This document shows, piece by piece, positions 16,304 to 24,361 of a stretch of DNA of 32,000 nt. A model generated the notes under the pieces. It searched no databases, was not told the DNA's origin, and saw nothing but the letters and a program-made list of their open reading frames with translations. Both the position numbers and the translations under genes were made by a program. Numbering within the stretch: position 1 is the stretch's first letter; each line of letters starts with the position of its first letter. Source of the DNA: Halomicrobium mukohataei DSM 12286 (lineage in GTDB: Archaea; Halobacteriota; Halobacteria; Halobacteriales; Haloarculaceae); contig NC_013202.1 in the NCBI RefSeq assembly GCF_000023965.1, positions 2,340,001 through 2,372,000 of the forward strand. The letters run 5' to 3'.

Positions 16304-16468
16304 ACGCTGTGTTTGACCGCGAGCGCGTATAAGTGTCTCGCGCCCGTGATAACACGACTCTCGGCACCGGCCGGTCGTCGTGCCGGGCGGGCAGTTGCCC
16401 CCGTCGAGGCTCGTACGGACGGTCGTAGTCGCTTCTGCTCCGACTCTACGACTCCGTCCGGCGGATCC

Positions 16469-16494
16469 GAGACGGAACTACAACGTTCCGTCTC
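16469..16494 (-). terminator. perfect 10-bp stem / 6-nt loop hairpin (gagacggaac-tacaac-gttccgtctc)
   Basis: Seen directly. It lies in the 3' region of the minus-strand gene 16576..16875, immediately after the 82-bp palindrome. A terminator function is inferred. Confidence 0.4.
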
Positions 16495-16576
16495 ATACGG
16501 ATTATTGTAGCCGTTTACCCGTTCAACCGCAAGACAGCGTGCGGTCGATCCGGTAAAGATCTACAACAATCCGTAT
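16495..16576. repeat. 82-bp extended palindrome with ATAC...GTAT termini, abutting a TGA stop codon
   Basis: Arms atacggattattgtag (16495..16510) and ctacaacaatccgtat (16561..16576) match 15/16; the mismatch is a G-U pair in the minus-strand RNA. Inner pairs are tttacc/ggtaaa and accgca/tgcggt. The last base is the T of the stop codon of 16576..16875. Confidence 0.8.
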
Positions 16577-16875
16577 CAGGCAGAGGGTCGATACACCGCG
16601 TACTCGCCGTCGTCGTCGACGCCGAGGACGGCCCAGTCGTACGACGGGCTCTCGACGGAGAGCCGGCGGTAGGTGGTCACCGCGTCCTCCATCTCGGTGA
16701 CGAAACACCGGTGACGCCCGTCTGTCGGGATCGTCGAGGGTTCGGAACACGTGACGCGGACGACGCGCCACTTGCGCTCCGCTCGTAGTTCGCCGTCTGT
16801 ACGCGACACTGAGTAGCCGAGGTCTGCGAAAATCGACGAAGCCTGATCGGCCAGCGAGGTGGTTACGGCCGCCAT
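16576..16875 (-). CDS. conserved-looking hypothetical protein (99 aa)
   Basis: Uses the internal ATG (cat 16873-16875), giving MAAVTTSLADQASSIFADLGYSV.... Composition is balanced. A TATA-like element lies about 30 nt upstream. No family recognised. Confidence 0.55.
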   Translation of the reverse strand: MAAVTTSLADQASSIFADLGYSVSRTDGELRAERKWRVVRVTCSEPSTIPTDGRHRCFVTEMEDAVTTYRRLSVESPSYDWAVLGVDDDGEYAVYRPSA

Positions 16876-16966
16876 CTGACAATCGATACCACGGCACACG
16901 TCTTAAGTATTTTGACCGTCAGGATGTCCGACAGTATTCGGTCGTCGGCCGTCTGCGGTCAGGCGC

Positions 16967-17206
16967 TCACTCGTGGGCGGCGTCCCACTGGTCGGGCTTG
17001 CGAACGTTGCTACACTCGTTGCACTGCACCCGTCCCATCGCGTCCATCGCGTTGTCGACGCTCTCGCAGTTCGAACAGAAGTATCCCCAGCGCGTCGTCC
17101 CCTCGTCGTCGCTGTACACCAGGTAGAACGGCCCCTTCGAACCGATCTCCGACTCCGACCGGTTCACGAACAGCACCTGCCCGTCCGGACTGTCGTGTCG
17201 TTCCAT
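16967..17206 (-). CDS. small zinc-ribbon protein
   Basis: 79 aa with two CxxC pairs (CSNC ... CNEC) 15 residues apart. Acidic. ATG confirmed at 17204-17206. Confidence 0.65.
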   Translation of the reverse strand: MERHDSPDGQVLFVNRSESEIGSKGPFYLVYSDDEGTTRWGYFCSNCESVDNAMDAMGRVQCNECSNVRKPDQWDAAHE

Positions 17207-17328
17207 GGAGAGTGGTGGACGCGGCAGGGGTATAGACGTTGTCTTCCCGTGGGTTACCCGGGCAACGGCGACGCGACTCCGTAGCAGAGCACAACACTTG
17301 TACGAGCGAGCGTGCTACCCACCACGAC

Positions 17329-17733
17329 ATGACTCTCGTCGTCGTCCCGGTCAGGTACCCGCTGTCCGGGCACTCGCGAACGACTCTGGAGACGGCGATT
17401 CGCGTCGCCGAGGAACGCGACGCCGACCTGACGGTCCTGCACGTCAACCTCTACCAGAACGGTCGCCGCGTCACGCGGGCGGAACTGCGCGACGCAGTCC
17501 AGTCTGAGTTCGGACGACTGCCACGGACCCGATACGCCGTCGCGTCTGGCCTCCTCGTCGAGGAGACCATCCTCGAAGAGGTCGTCAGCCTGAACGCGGA
17601 TCTCGTCGTGATCGGACGCAAACAGGCCGGTCGCTGGCGATCGATGGTTCGGCGGCTCACCGACGAGACCGACGTGGGAGACTTCCTCCGGCACGAACTC
17701 GACTGCGAGATCGTCACCGCACCGATCGAGTGA
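17329..17733 (+). CDS. universal stress protein (UspA family)
   Basis: 134 aa from the internal ATG 17329. The pattern MTLVVVPVRYP... LTVLHV ... ADLVVIGRK ... is a typical Usp alpha/beta fold pattern. Confidence 0.8.
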   Translation: MTLVVVPVRYPLSGHSRTTLETAIRVAEERDADLTVLHVNLYQNGRRVTRAELRDAVQSEFGRLPRTRYAVASGLLVEETILEEVVSLNADLVVIGRKQAGRWRSMVRRLTDETDVGDFLRHELDCEIVTAPIE

Positions 17734-17742
17734 CTCGCCGGG

Positions 17743-19521
17743 CTACCGATCCGCGGGCTTTCCGCCGTTCTCCGTCGGGGATCGGTCCTCTGTCTCTGCT
17801 TCGGGACGGCCACCGTCCGCGACCGCGGGAGAGCGTGCGTTGCCGGACTGTTGGGCCGTCGTCTCCGTCTCGAACGAGCGCAACATTCCGAGCAGTTCGT
17901 CGGCGCGGTCCGCGACGGTCCCGATGTCCTCCGAGACGGTCTCGACGGTCTCGGTCTGTTGCTGAGTGGCCGCCGAGGCCTGCTCGGCCTCGTCGCGGGT
18001 CTGTTCGCTCACCGCGGTCAGATCGTCGACCACCTTGGCGACCTCTTCGGTCGTCTTCGCCTGCTCGCCGGTCGCGTCGGAGATCTCCTGCATCGAGTCG
18101 TCGACTTCGCCGACGACGGTGACGAGCTCCTCGAAGTCTCGGAGCGCCGCCGCGATCGTCGTCGTCGAGCTCGCTACCTGTTCGTCCATCGCTCTGACCT
18201 CGGTGACCGTCTCGTCGGCTTCCTCGCTCACCGACTCGACCAGCGTAGCGATCTCGTCGGCCGACGCGCGCGTTTCCTCGGCCAGGGCCTTCACCTCGTC
18301 GGCGACCACTGCGAACCCGTCGCCGGTTCCGTCGGCCCGTGCGGCCTCGATCGAGGCGTTCAGTGCCAGCATGTTCGTCTGCTCGGCGATCTCGGTGATC
18401 ACGTCGACGATCTCCTCGACCGCGGCGATCTGCTCTCCGAGGTCCGCGACCGCGGTCGCGATGTGGTCGATCTTCGACTCCAGTTCGTCGAGTTCGTCCA
18501 GCGCCTCGATCGCGTCTTCTCGACCGTTCTCTCCGCGCTCTGCGGCGTCTCTGGCAGTCTGTGCGGCCTCGTCTGCCGTCGCTGCGATCTCTTCGACGGT
18601 CGCCGAGAGCTTGCTCATCTCCCGTGCCACGTCCTCGTGGCGCTCGGTCTGTCTGGTCGCGCCGGTCGAGATCTCGTCGACGGACGCCGCGATCTCCTCG
18701 CTCGCCCTGTCGACCTCGTTCATGTTCTCGTCGACGCGATCACTCGCCGTCGCGACCGACGCGGCGAAGTCGGTCACGTCACCGACCGTCTGGTCGAGGT
18801 TCGAGATCAGATCGTTGTAGTTGGTGACGACCTCGTCGAACACCGCCTCGTCGCCGTCGATCTCGTCGGCGTCGATTCGCGCCGTCAGATCTCCGGCCTC
18901 CGCTCGCTCGGCCGCCGCTCCGAACGTCTCGACGAGCCGCTGGAGATTCTCCGACCGTCGTTCGAGCCGGTCGGTCATCTGCTGGAGCTCGTCGGTGTAC
19001 TGCTCCAGATTGTCCGCCATGTGATCGAGCGACTCGCCCATCTCTCCGGGCACTTCTTCGTCCAGTGCAGCCGCGTCGAACTCCTGGCGAGCGAGGGCGT
19101 CCGCCTGCCGGGAGACGGTGTCGAAGTAGCCGTGAACGCGCGAGAACGAGGACACGAGCGTCCCGATCTCGTCGGGCTGGTCGCTGTCCGGTACGTCGAT
19201 GTCGACGGTCCCGCTGGCGATCGCGTCCGCGCGGTCTGCCAGCGTCGTGATGGGGCCGACGATGTCCTCTCTCGTGATGAAGATCGTGTTCACGAAGACG
19301 AGCACGGCACCGAGCAACAGAGCGATCGTCAGCGCGAACTGCGTGATCCCCGAGAGAAACAGCGAGACGACGACGAGCGTCAGCGAGACACCGAACTGAA
19401 TCGCGACGGCAGCGATGATCTTTCGTTCCAGGGACTTGTCGACACCGACGAGTGTCAGCGACCTGCGTATCTGGCGCTTGTACCAACCGACGAGCGTCGA
19501 GAGCATAGGTGTGCGAGACAT
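17743..19521 (-). CDS. methyl-accepting chemotaxis protein / halobacterial transducer (Htr)
   Basis: 592 aa with two adjacent TM helices, a HAMP region, long coiled-coil heptads, and the highly conserved signalling tip [34 protein letters not shown]. Confidence 0.92.
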   Translation of the reverse strand: MSRTPMLSTLVGWYKRQIRRSLTLVGVDKSLERKIIAAVAIQFGVSLTLVVVSLFLSGITQFALTIALLLGAVLVFVNTIFITREDIVGPITTLADRADAIASGTVDIDVPDSDQPDEIGTLVSSFSRVHGYFDTVSRQADALARQEFDAAALDEEVPGEMGESLDHMADNLEQYTDELQQMTDRLERRSENLQRLVETFGAAAERAEAGDLTARIDADEIDGDEAVFDEVVTNYNDLISNLDQTVGDVTDFAASVATASDRVDENMNEVDRASEEIAASVDEISTGATRQTERHEDVAREMSKLSATVEEIAATADEAAQTARDAAERGENGREDAIEALDELDELESKIDHIATAVADLGEQIAAVEEIVDVITEIAEQTNMLALNASIEAARADGTGDGFAVVADEVKALAEETRASADEIATLVESVSEEADETVTEVRAMDEQVASSTTTIAAALRDFEELVTVVGEVDDSMQEISDATGEQAKTTEEVAKVVDDLTAVSEQTRDEAEQASAATQQQTETVETVSEDIGTVADRADELLGMLRSFETETTAQQSGNARSPAVADGGRPEAETEDRSPTENGGKPADR

Positions 19522-19695
19522 CGACCACGACGAAGGTCAAAGGATCGGGTCGTTCTCAATTATTGAAAACATCTCTTGGGATCGATTTACCGCCAGTCTC
19601 CGTGGTTTTCGCACGAAATTTGGATATTACAATCGATACTACCCGCCCAGACGCGCCGGGGCGTCGCCGGACCACGATGATCCAGCGAGCGGACG

Positions 19696-20160
19696 CTACT
19701 CGTGGGCGTAGCCCGGCGGAAGACTACTCTGCTCGAAACCATCCTGTCGTTCGATGTCGAGTCGATAGACGGAGATCTCGCCCTCGGTCACTGCCGCCTC
19801 GAACGCCGCCGGTCGCCACCCGTCGGATAGCTCGTCCCCGAGACTGTCCCACTCATCCTCTGGCACTCGCTCGATCGGCCCGCGGACGACGACACTGCGC
19901 CAGGAGAACGGCGACGGCGCATCGAAGACCAGGAAACTGGCCGCCGTCGCTCGCTCCGTTAGCGCCCGCTTCTCGCTGTGGTCGCCCGCAACGTACGTGA
20001 AGTACAGCGTTCCCTCGCCGTCGGAGCCGAACGACATCGGGAGCAGGTACGGTGGGCCGTCCGTCGGAAGTCCGAGGACGCCGACACCGCGACTCCGCAG
20101 AAACGCTCGAATCGATTCGTCGTCCATCGGTCGTACACCGAGTGATTCGAGGTCTGTCAT
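19696..20160 (-). CDS. pyridoxamine 5'-phosphate oxidase (PPOX)-family FMN-binding protein
   Basis: 154 aa from ATG 20160. IRAFLRSRGVGVLGLPTDGPPYLLPMSFG ... WRSVVVRGPIE parallels the 10838..11269 product. Confidence 0.75.
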   Translation of the reverse strand: MTDLESLGVRPMDDESIRAFLRSRGVGVLGLPTDGPPYLLPMSFGSDGEGTLYFTYVAGDHSEKRALTERATAASFLVFDAPSPFSWRSVVVRGPIERVPEDEWDSLGDELSDGWRPAAFEAAVTEGEISVYRLDIERQDGFEQSSLPPGYAHE

Positions 20161-20282
20161 ACATCTCACAACTGTGGGTTCGTCGCTCTCTCCGATAAGT
20201 GAACTGTCGATTATTGCTCACCGATAATTGTGCGCTTCCGTGCGGTTTCACTCGCTCTGGCGACCGCCTGTCCACACCAGTA

Positions 20283-20317
20283 GTTCTCGTCGGCTGAGAA
20301 CGCGGTGCTGTTTATAT
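20283..20317 (+). promoter_or_regulatory. GTTCTC-N7-GAGAAC palindrome (20283..20301) followed by TATA box TTTATAT (20311..20317) upstream of the DoxX gene
   Basis: The TATA box lies about 40-46 nt upstream of ATG 20357, leaving a short leader that contains GAGGGAG. The palindrome sits 9 nt upstream of the TATA box, which is an activator or BRE-proximal position. Confidence 0.3.
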
Positions 20318-20356
20318 CCCGTATCAACGCCAACTCGCACATGTGAGGGAGAGATT

Positions 20357-20881
20357 ATGGCAACCAACACGGCGAACCCACTGGCGACGGACTTCGAGCT
20401 CGAGTTAGACGGGCCGCTGACGAGCTACTGGCTGGCCCTGCTGCGGGTCATCACGGGCTGGTGGTTCTTCCACGCGGGCGTGACCAAGCTCGTCGAGGAC
20501 GGGCTGGCCTACAGCTACGGGCCGATGTACATGCAGGAGATGACGGGCACGGCCCTGGGGCCGATCCCGGTCTGGATGGGCAACAACCTGGCGTGGTTGA
20601 TCGCGCCCGGCGTCCCGCTGTTCGAGACGCTGATCGGGCTGGCGCTGATGGCCGGCCTGCTGACGCGGCTGGCGTCCATCGGCGGGGTCATCTTCATGAC
20701 CCTGTTCTGGATCGGCAACGCCGAGTTCGGCCACGGCCTGGTCAACAGCGACCTGATGGGGCTGCTGTTGTTCCTGACCGTGATCGTGCTGGGCGCGGGC
20801 CGGTACTACGGCCTCGACGCCATCGTCGAGCAGACGAAGCTGGTGAAACGCCACCCGAAACTGCGCTATATCCTCGGCTAA
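20357..20881 (+). CDS. DoxX-family membrane protein
   Basis: 174 aa from the internal ATG 20357. WLALLRVITGWWFFHAGVTKL is the DoxX signature region. Four hydrophobic spans. Confidence 0.7.
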   Translation: MATNTANPLATDFELELDGPLTSYWLALLRVITGWWFFHAGVTKLVEDGLAYSYGPMYMQEMTGTALGPIPVWMGNNLAWLIAPGVPLFETLIGLALMAGLLTRLASIGGVIFMTLFWIGNAEFGHGLVNSDLMGLLLFLTVIVLGAGRYYGLDAIVEQTKLVKRHPKLRYILG

Positions 20882-20895
20882 CGAGGTGACCGACA

Positions 20896-21189
20896 ATGAC
20901 TGACACCACAACGATCGTCGACCGCATCGCGCTGGGACTGAGCGGTGCCCTGTTCGTGCTGGGTATCGTCGTCATGGGCGTGCTGGAACTGCTGGCGGGC
21001 AAACCCTACAGCCCGACCGCGCTGACCAACGACGCCGGTGAAGTGATCGCGACGCCGCTGATCGACCCGACGCTGCGAACCGGGATCGTCATCGCCGCGC
21101 TGCTCGTGCTGGCCGTCTGGGGTGCCTACAAGCTCGTCACGCCGATGGCCACCGACGCCGCCGACCGCGCCGAGATGCCCGCCGACTGA
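20896..21189 (+). CDS. small two-span membrane protein
   Basis: 97 aa. A strong Shine-Dalgarno GAGGTGA (20883..20889) lies 6 nt before the ATG, which is 14 nt after the DoxX stop. Two clear hydrophobic helices. Confidence 0.6.
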   Translation: MTDTTTIVDRIALGLSGALFVLGIVVMGVLELLAGKPYSPTALTNDAGEVIATPLIDPTLRTGIVIAALLVLAVWGAYKLVTPMATDAADRAEMPAD

Positions 21190-21268
21190 TACGGCCGGCT
21201 GTCGCCGTTTCGAGATATTCGCGACCGCGGGGTCGCGAAATGCTGTACAGACGGACAGCCGGCAGTAT
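21189..21268. repeat. 80-bp modular palindromic element, copy 2
   Basis: Left arm atacggccggctgt (21189..21202). Hairpin ttcgcgacc-gcgg-ggtcgcgaa (21218..21239). Right arm acagccggcagtat (21255..21268). It has the same 14-15-22-15-14 spacing as copy 1 and starts on the last base of the TGA stop of 20896..21189. Confidence 0.85.
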
Positions 21269-21418
21269 GGGTCTCCGCTTCGTTTCGCTGCCGTCGAACT
21301 GATTCCTCGCGACTGACAGCGCCGCTCTGACTGTGACCGCCGGCAGTGTCGCCGGACGGTAGACTCCACGGCGATGGTCTCGCTGGCCGCCTGAGAAGGG
21401 GAACGAACAGAGCGGTGG

Positions 21419-22669
21419 CTACTCCCCAGAGGGCCTGATCGTCGCCAGTACCCAGTCGTCGGGGGTCGCTCGGCGCACTTCGAAGGGGTCGAACGCCGCC
21501 CGTGGAGCGTCGGCCAGGCGGCCGAGGAAGTTCCCCACCGGCGTCGGGTCCCGGTCACTGACGAGGACGAACGGCTCGCCGCCGTCGAGCGCGGTGAATC
21601 GCTCGCGGACTCGGGCTTTCCGTTCTTCCGGCGCGAGGCCGCGGATGTCGACGGCGGCGTCCGGTACGTCGACCTCGCCGGCGGTCGCGATCGCGGCGTC
21701 GACTTCGCTGGCGAGATCGGCCACGGGCGCTGGCACGTCGCCGGGCGTCGGCGTCCCTTGCAGGTCGTGAGTGAAGGGGAGTTCGGCGAGGACCGCCGCG
21801 TCGAGGTCCCCGACCGCTTCCTCTGGGAAGAGGTCGTTTGGCTCGCCACAGCAGTCACAGACGTACTCGGCCATGTTGACGACGGTCCCGAGGACTGGCA
21901 CGTCGTTGTCCCGGAACAGTTCGACGGTGCGACTCGTGTCGCTGACGCTGGCGTGGAACGGCGTGGTGACGACGACGACGCCGTCGACGGGAACTTCCTG
22001 GAGCGTCGTCAGCACTACGTCGCCGGTCCCCGGCGGGAGGTCGATCACGAGCACGTCGTCGTTGCGCCACGCGGTGTTCGTAAAGAGGTCGTCCAGCGCG
22101 TCGTGGGCCATCGCGCCTCGCCAGGCCAGCGGCGCGCCCGACTCCATCAGGCCGACGCTCATCACGTCCAGCCCGCCGACCGACACGGGGAGAGGATCGC
22201 CCTCCTCGCTGGACTGGACCGGTCCGCTCACGTCGAGCAGTTCCGGCACGTTCGGGCCGTGGATGTCGGCGTCGAACAGCGCCACGTCGTCGTCGGCCGC
22301 CAGCGCACAGGCGAGGTAGGTCGCCGTCGTCGACTTGCCGACGCCGCCCTTCGCGCTGGCGACGGCGATCACGTGGTCGAACTCCCGGACGCTCGCCCGG
22401 TCGTCACTGGAGGGTGTCGTCCGCTCGACGTGGACGCCTTCGACGCCGGCCACGTCGTCGACAGCGCGTAACATGGCCTGGACGACCTGATTCGCCGTGT
22501 CGCCGTCCAGTGCGGTCATGTCCGTTTCGATGGTCACGTCGGCGTCCTCGACGACGACGTTCTCGACGAAGCCGGCCTCGAACACGGAGAGGTCGGCCTG
22601 TGGGTCGCGAACCGCACGCAACGCCGCTTCGACGCGATCGGTCACGGTGTCTGTGTTCGTATCTGTCAT
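21419..22669 (-). CDS. three-domain fusion: DUF59/MIP18-like domain, Mrp/NBP35/ApbC-type P-loop Fe-S carrier ATPase, DUF2249-like domain
   Basis: 416 aa. The N-terminal roughly 90 aa resemble DUF59 (RVEAALRAVRDPQADLSVFEAGFV). Deviant Walker A ASAKGGVGKST, and VIDLPPGTGD. Cysteine motif CDCC. The C-terminus VDIRGLAPEERK...FVLVSDRDPTPV follows the DUF2249 pattern. Confidence 0.88.
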   Translation of the reverse strand: MTDTNTDTVTDRVEAALRAVRDPQADLSVFEAGFVENVVVEDADVTIETDMTALDGDTANQVVQAMLRAVDDVAGVEGVHVERTTPSSDDRASVREFDHVIAVASAKGGVGKSTTATYLACALAADDDVALFDADIHGPNVPELLDVSGPVQSSEEGDPLPVSVGGLDVMSVGLMESGAPLAWRGAMAHDALDDLFTNTAWRNDDVLVIDLPPGTGDVVLTTLQEVPVDGVVVVTTPFHASVSDTSRTVELFRDNDVPVLGTVVNMAEYVCDCCGEPNDLFPEEAVGDLDAAVLAELPFTHDLQGTPTPGDVPAPVADLASEVDAAIATAGEVDVPDAAVDIRGLAPEERKARVRERFTALDGGEPFVLVSDRDPTPVGNFLGRLADAPRAAFDPFEVRRATPDDWVLATIRPSGE

Positions 22670-22670
22670 C

Positions 22671-23537
22671 TTAGAGATCCGGCATCCTGTTGAGGCGGTC
22701 CTCGCCGGGCAACAGGCGACTGTCGTTTTCCAGCGCGCCGCCGAACTGGCGGCGGAAGCGACGCGGCTCGACTTCCAGGGCGCGCTCGGCCGTCTGGCGG
22801 ACCACCGTCGCGGGATCGTCCGTCAGCTCCCGCAGGCGATCGCGGGCCCGGTCCTCGTCGACGCCCCCGAGCATGTGTGCGGCCCACTCGCGGACGCGCT
22901 CGCTGTCGTCGCGGCTCTGTTCGAGCAACAGGTCGGCCATCGCCTCGCCACGGAGCTTGAACAGCGAGATGGCCGCGTTCCGGCGGACGGCGTGGTGGTC
23001 GTCGTCGAGTGCCGTTTCGAGGTCGGACTCGTGGGCCTCGCGGTCGAGATTGTCGAGCGCCACGACGGCCTCCGATCGGACCCACGGGTCGGGATCGTCG
23101 AGCAGTTCGACCGCGACCGCTGCGGCCGCTTCGCCGGTCTCCGTCCCGGAACCGGCGTCGGTCCCGTGGGCGGTCAGTGCCTCGACGGCGAACTGGCGCA
23201 CGTCGTCGTCCGGGTCGTTGGTCGCGGCGTAGGCCAGTCCCGCGACGATCGTCTCCGTCGTCGCCCGGTCTTTCAGCGCGAGCGCGGCCCGACGACGGTC
23301 GATCTCGCTGTCGGCCGCCAGATCGGCCAGTAGTTCACTGGGATCGTCGCCCTCCACCGGCTCGGTGTCGGCGGCCGCCAGCTCCGCGGGCGTCGCCTCG
23401 CCGATGGTAACGTCGGCACGGCTCACTTCGATGTCTTCGAGCGCGTCGATGTCGGCGTGGAGGCCGGGGCTCCGTTCGGGATCGAGCTGGGGGTCCGGCT
23501 CCTCTTCGAGGTGCTTCTCGAACTCGTCGTCGGTCAT
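22671..23537 (-). CDS. HEAT/PBS-lyase-like repeat protein with acidic N-terminal region
   Basis: 288 aa from the internal ATG (cat 23535-23537) of track ORF 22671..24557. Repeated D(D/P)xxxVR(xx)A(vxaL) units: DDVRQFAVEAL, DPWVRSEAVVAL, HHAVRRNAAISL, SERVREWAAHML, ATVVRQTAERAL. Confidence 0.8.
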   Translation of the reverse strand: MTDDEFEKHLEEEPDPQLDPERSPGLHADIDALEDIEVSRADVTIGEATPAELAAADTEPVEGDDPSELLADLAADSEIDRRRAALALKDRATTETIVAGLAYAATNDPDDDVRQFAVEALTAHGTDAGSGTETGEAAAAVAVELLDDPDPWVRSEAVVALDNLDREAHESDLETALDDDHHAVRRNAAISLFKLRGEAMADLLLEQSRDDSERVREWAAHMLGGVDEDRARDRLRELTDDPATVVRQTAERALEVEPRRFRRQFGGALENDSRLLPGEDRLNRMPDL

Positions 23538-24361
23538 CGCTCCACCTCCAGCGAGAGCAGCGTGGCGATCCCGAGGGCGAACGGGACGGCCCGCGGGAGC
23601 GTCGCCGGCACGCCAGCGAAGGCGAGCAACGCGACGCCGGCAAGCAGGGCGAAGCGTTGCTCTCGGAGCGCCACGCTCGCCGCCGTCACCACGCCAGCGA
23701 CGGCCAGCCCGACGACGACCAGCGACGTGCCCACGACGCCGCTGCCGACGAGGGTGGTCGCGCCCGCGACGAACGGATTCGCGAGGCCGACGGCCACTAC
23801 GACGGCGAACGCGCCCGCGCCGACCCCGACCGCCCGCGGGCCAGCGCCAGCGAACAGTGGCGTCGCCGCGATGCCGAGCAGCGCGAGCGTCGAACCGATC
23901 GGTCTGAGTTCGGGCCAGCCGAAGCTGGCCGCGAGCGCGACTGCGACGGCCGCGACGAGCAACGCGGTCGCCGCGCCCGTCCAGACGGTGAGTCGGCGGC
24001 GGAAGCCGACCGCGACGACGCCGGTCCCCGTGGCGACGGCGACGGCCGCGGGCGTGGCGAGGCCGACGGCGGCCGCGAGCAGCCCGAACACGCCGACGAA
24101 GAGGAGACCGACGCCCGCGAGGGGGTCGTCCTCGCTCGCCCCGAGCCACAGTGCGACCAGTGCGGCCAGTCCCGTGGTCACGCCCGCGATCGGCTCCCGT
24201 GGGAGCGTCGCCGGTGCCGCCGGTGCGTTGACGAGGATCGCCGCAGCGAACCGCGCGCCGACTGCGAGCGCGACGACGGTGGTCGCGACGATTGCGACCG
24301 TCCGTCGCCCGAACGAGGCCGGACGCGCGACGGCGGGCCGCTCGATCTCGCTCGCGGTCAT
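23534..24361 (-). CDS. Ala/Gly/Val-rich polytopic membrane protein, unknown function
   Basis: 275 aa with about 7-8 hydrophobic spans. It fits exactly between narJ and the HEAT gene, with ATGA overlaps at both ends (24358-24361 and 23534-23537). Competing frames here give only Arg/Pro-rich shadows. Confidence 0.65.
   Translation of the reverse strand: MTASEIERPAVARPASFGRRTVAIVATTVVALAVGARFAAAILVNAPAAPATLPREPIAGVTTGLAALVALWLGASEDDPLAGVGLLFVGVFGLLAAAVGLATPAAVAVATGTGVVAVGFRRRLTVWTGAATALLVAAVAVALAASFGWPELRPIGSTLALLGIAATPLFAGAGPRAVGVGAGAFAVVVAVGLANPFVAGATTLVGSGVVGTSLVVVGLAVAGVVTAASVALREQRFALLAGVALLAFAGVPATLPRAVPFALGIATLLSLEVER

Noticed and set aside
16576-16875. A PD-(D/E)xK nuclease-like reading of TDGELRAERK in the 99-aa hypothetical protein.
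   Set aside because: The D-to-ExK spacing is too short for the canonical motif, and no other nuclease features are present.
17851-19566. A 571-aa ORF antisense to the transducer gene, and similar long shadow ORFs (7727..8842, 7911..8828, 8870..9829, 11499..12662, 12641..13657, 20878..21858, 23457..24419, 25315..27147, 27021..28676, 28684..29907, 28797..29954, 30053..31651).
   Set aside because: Their translations are Arg/Pro/Gly/Asp-rich low-complexity sequence with no motifs. Each is fully overlapped by a motif-bearing gene in another frame. This is typical of stop-codon-poor GC-rich DNA.
19663-19672. The 10-mer gtcgccggac is shared between 19663..19672 and 21348..21357.
   Set aside because: It is short and GC-rich, so chance recurrence is expected in 32 kb of about 67% G+C DNA. 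No shared flanking architecture.
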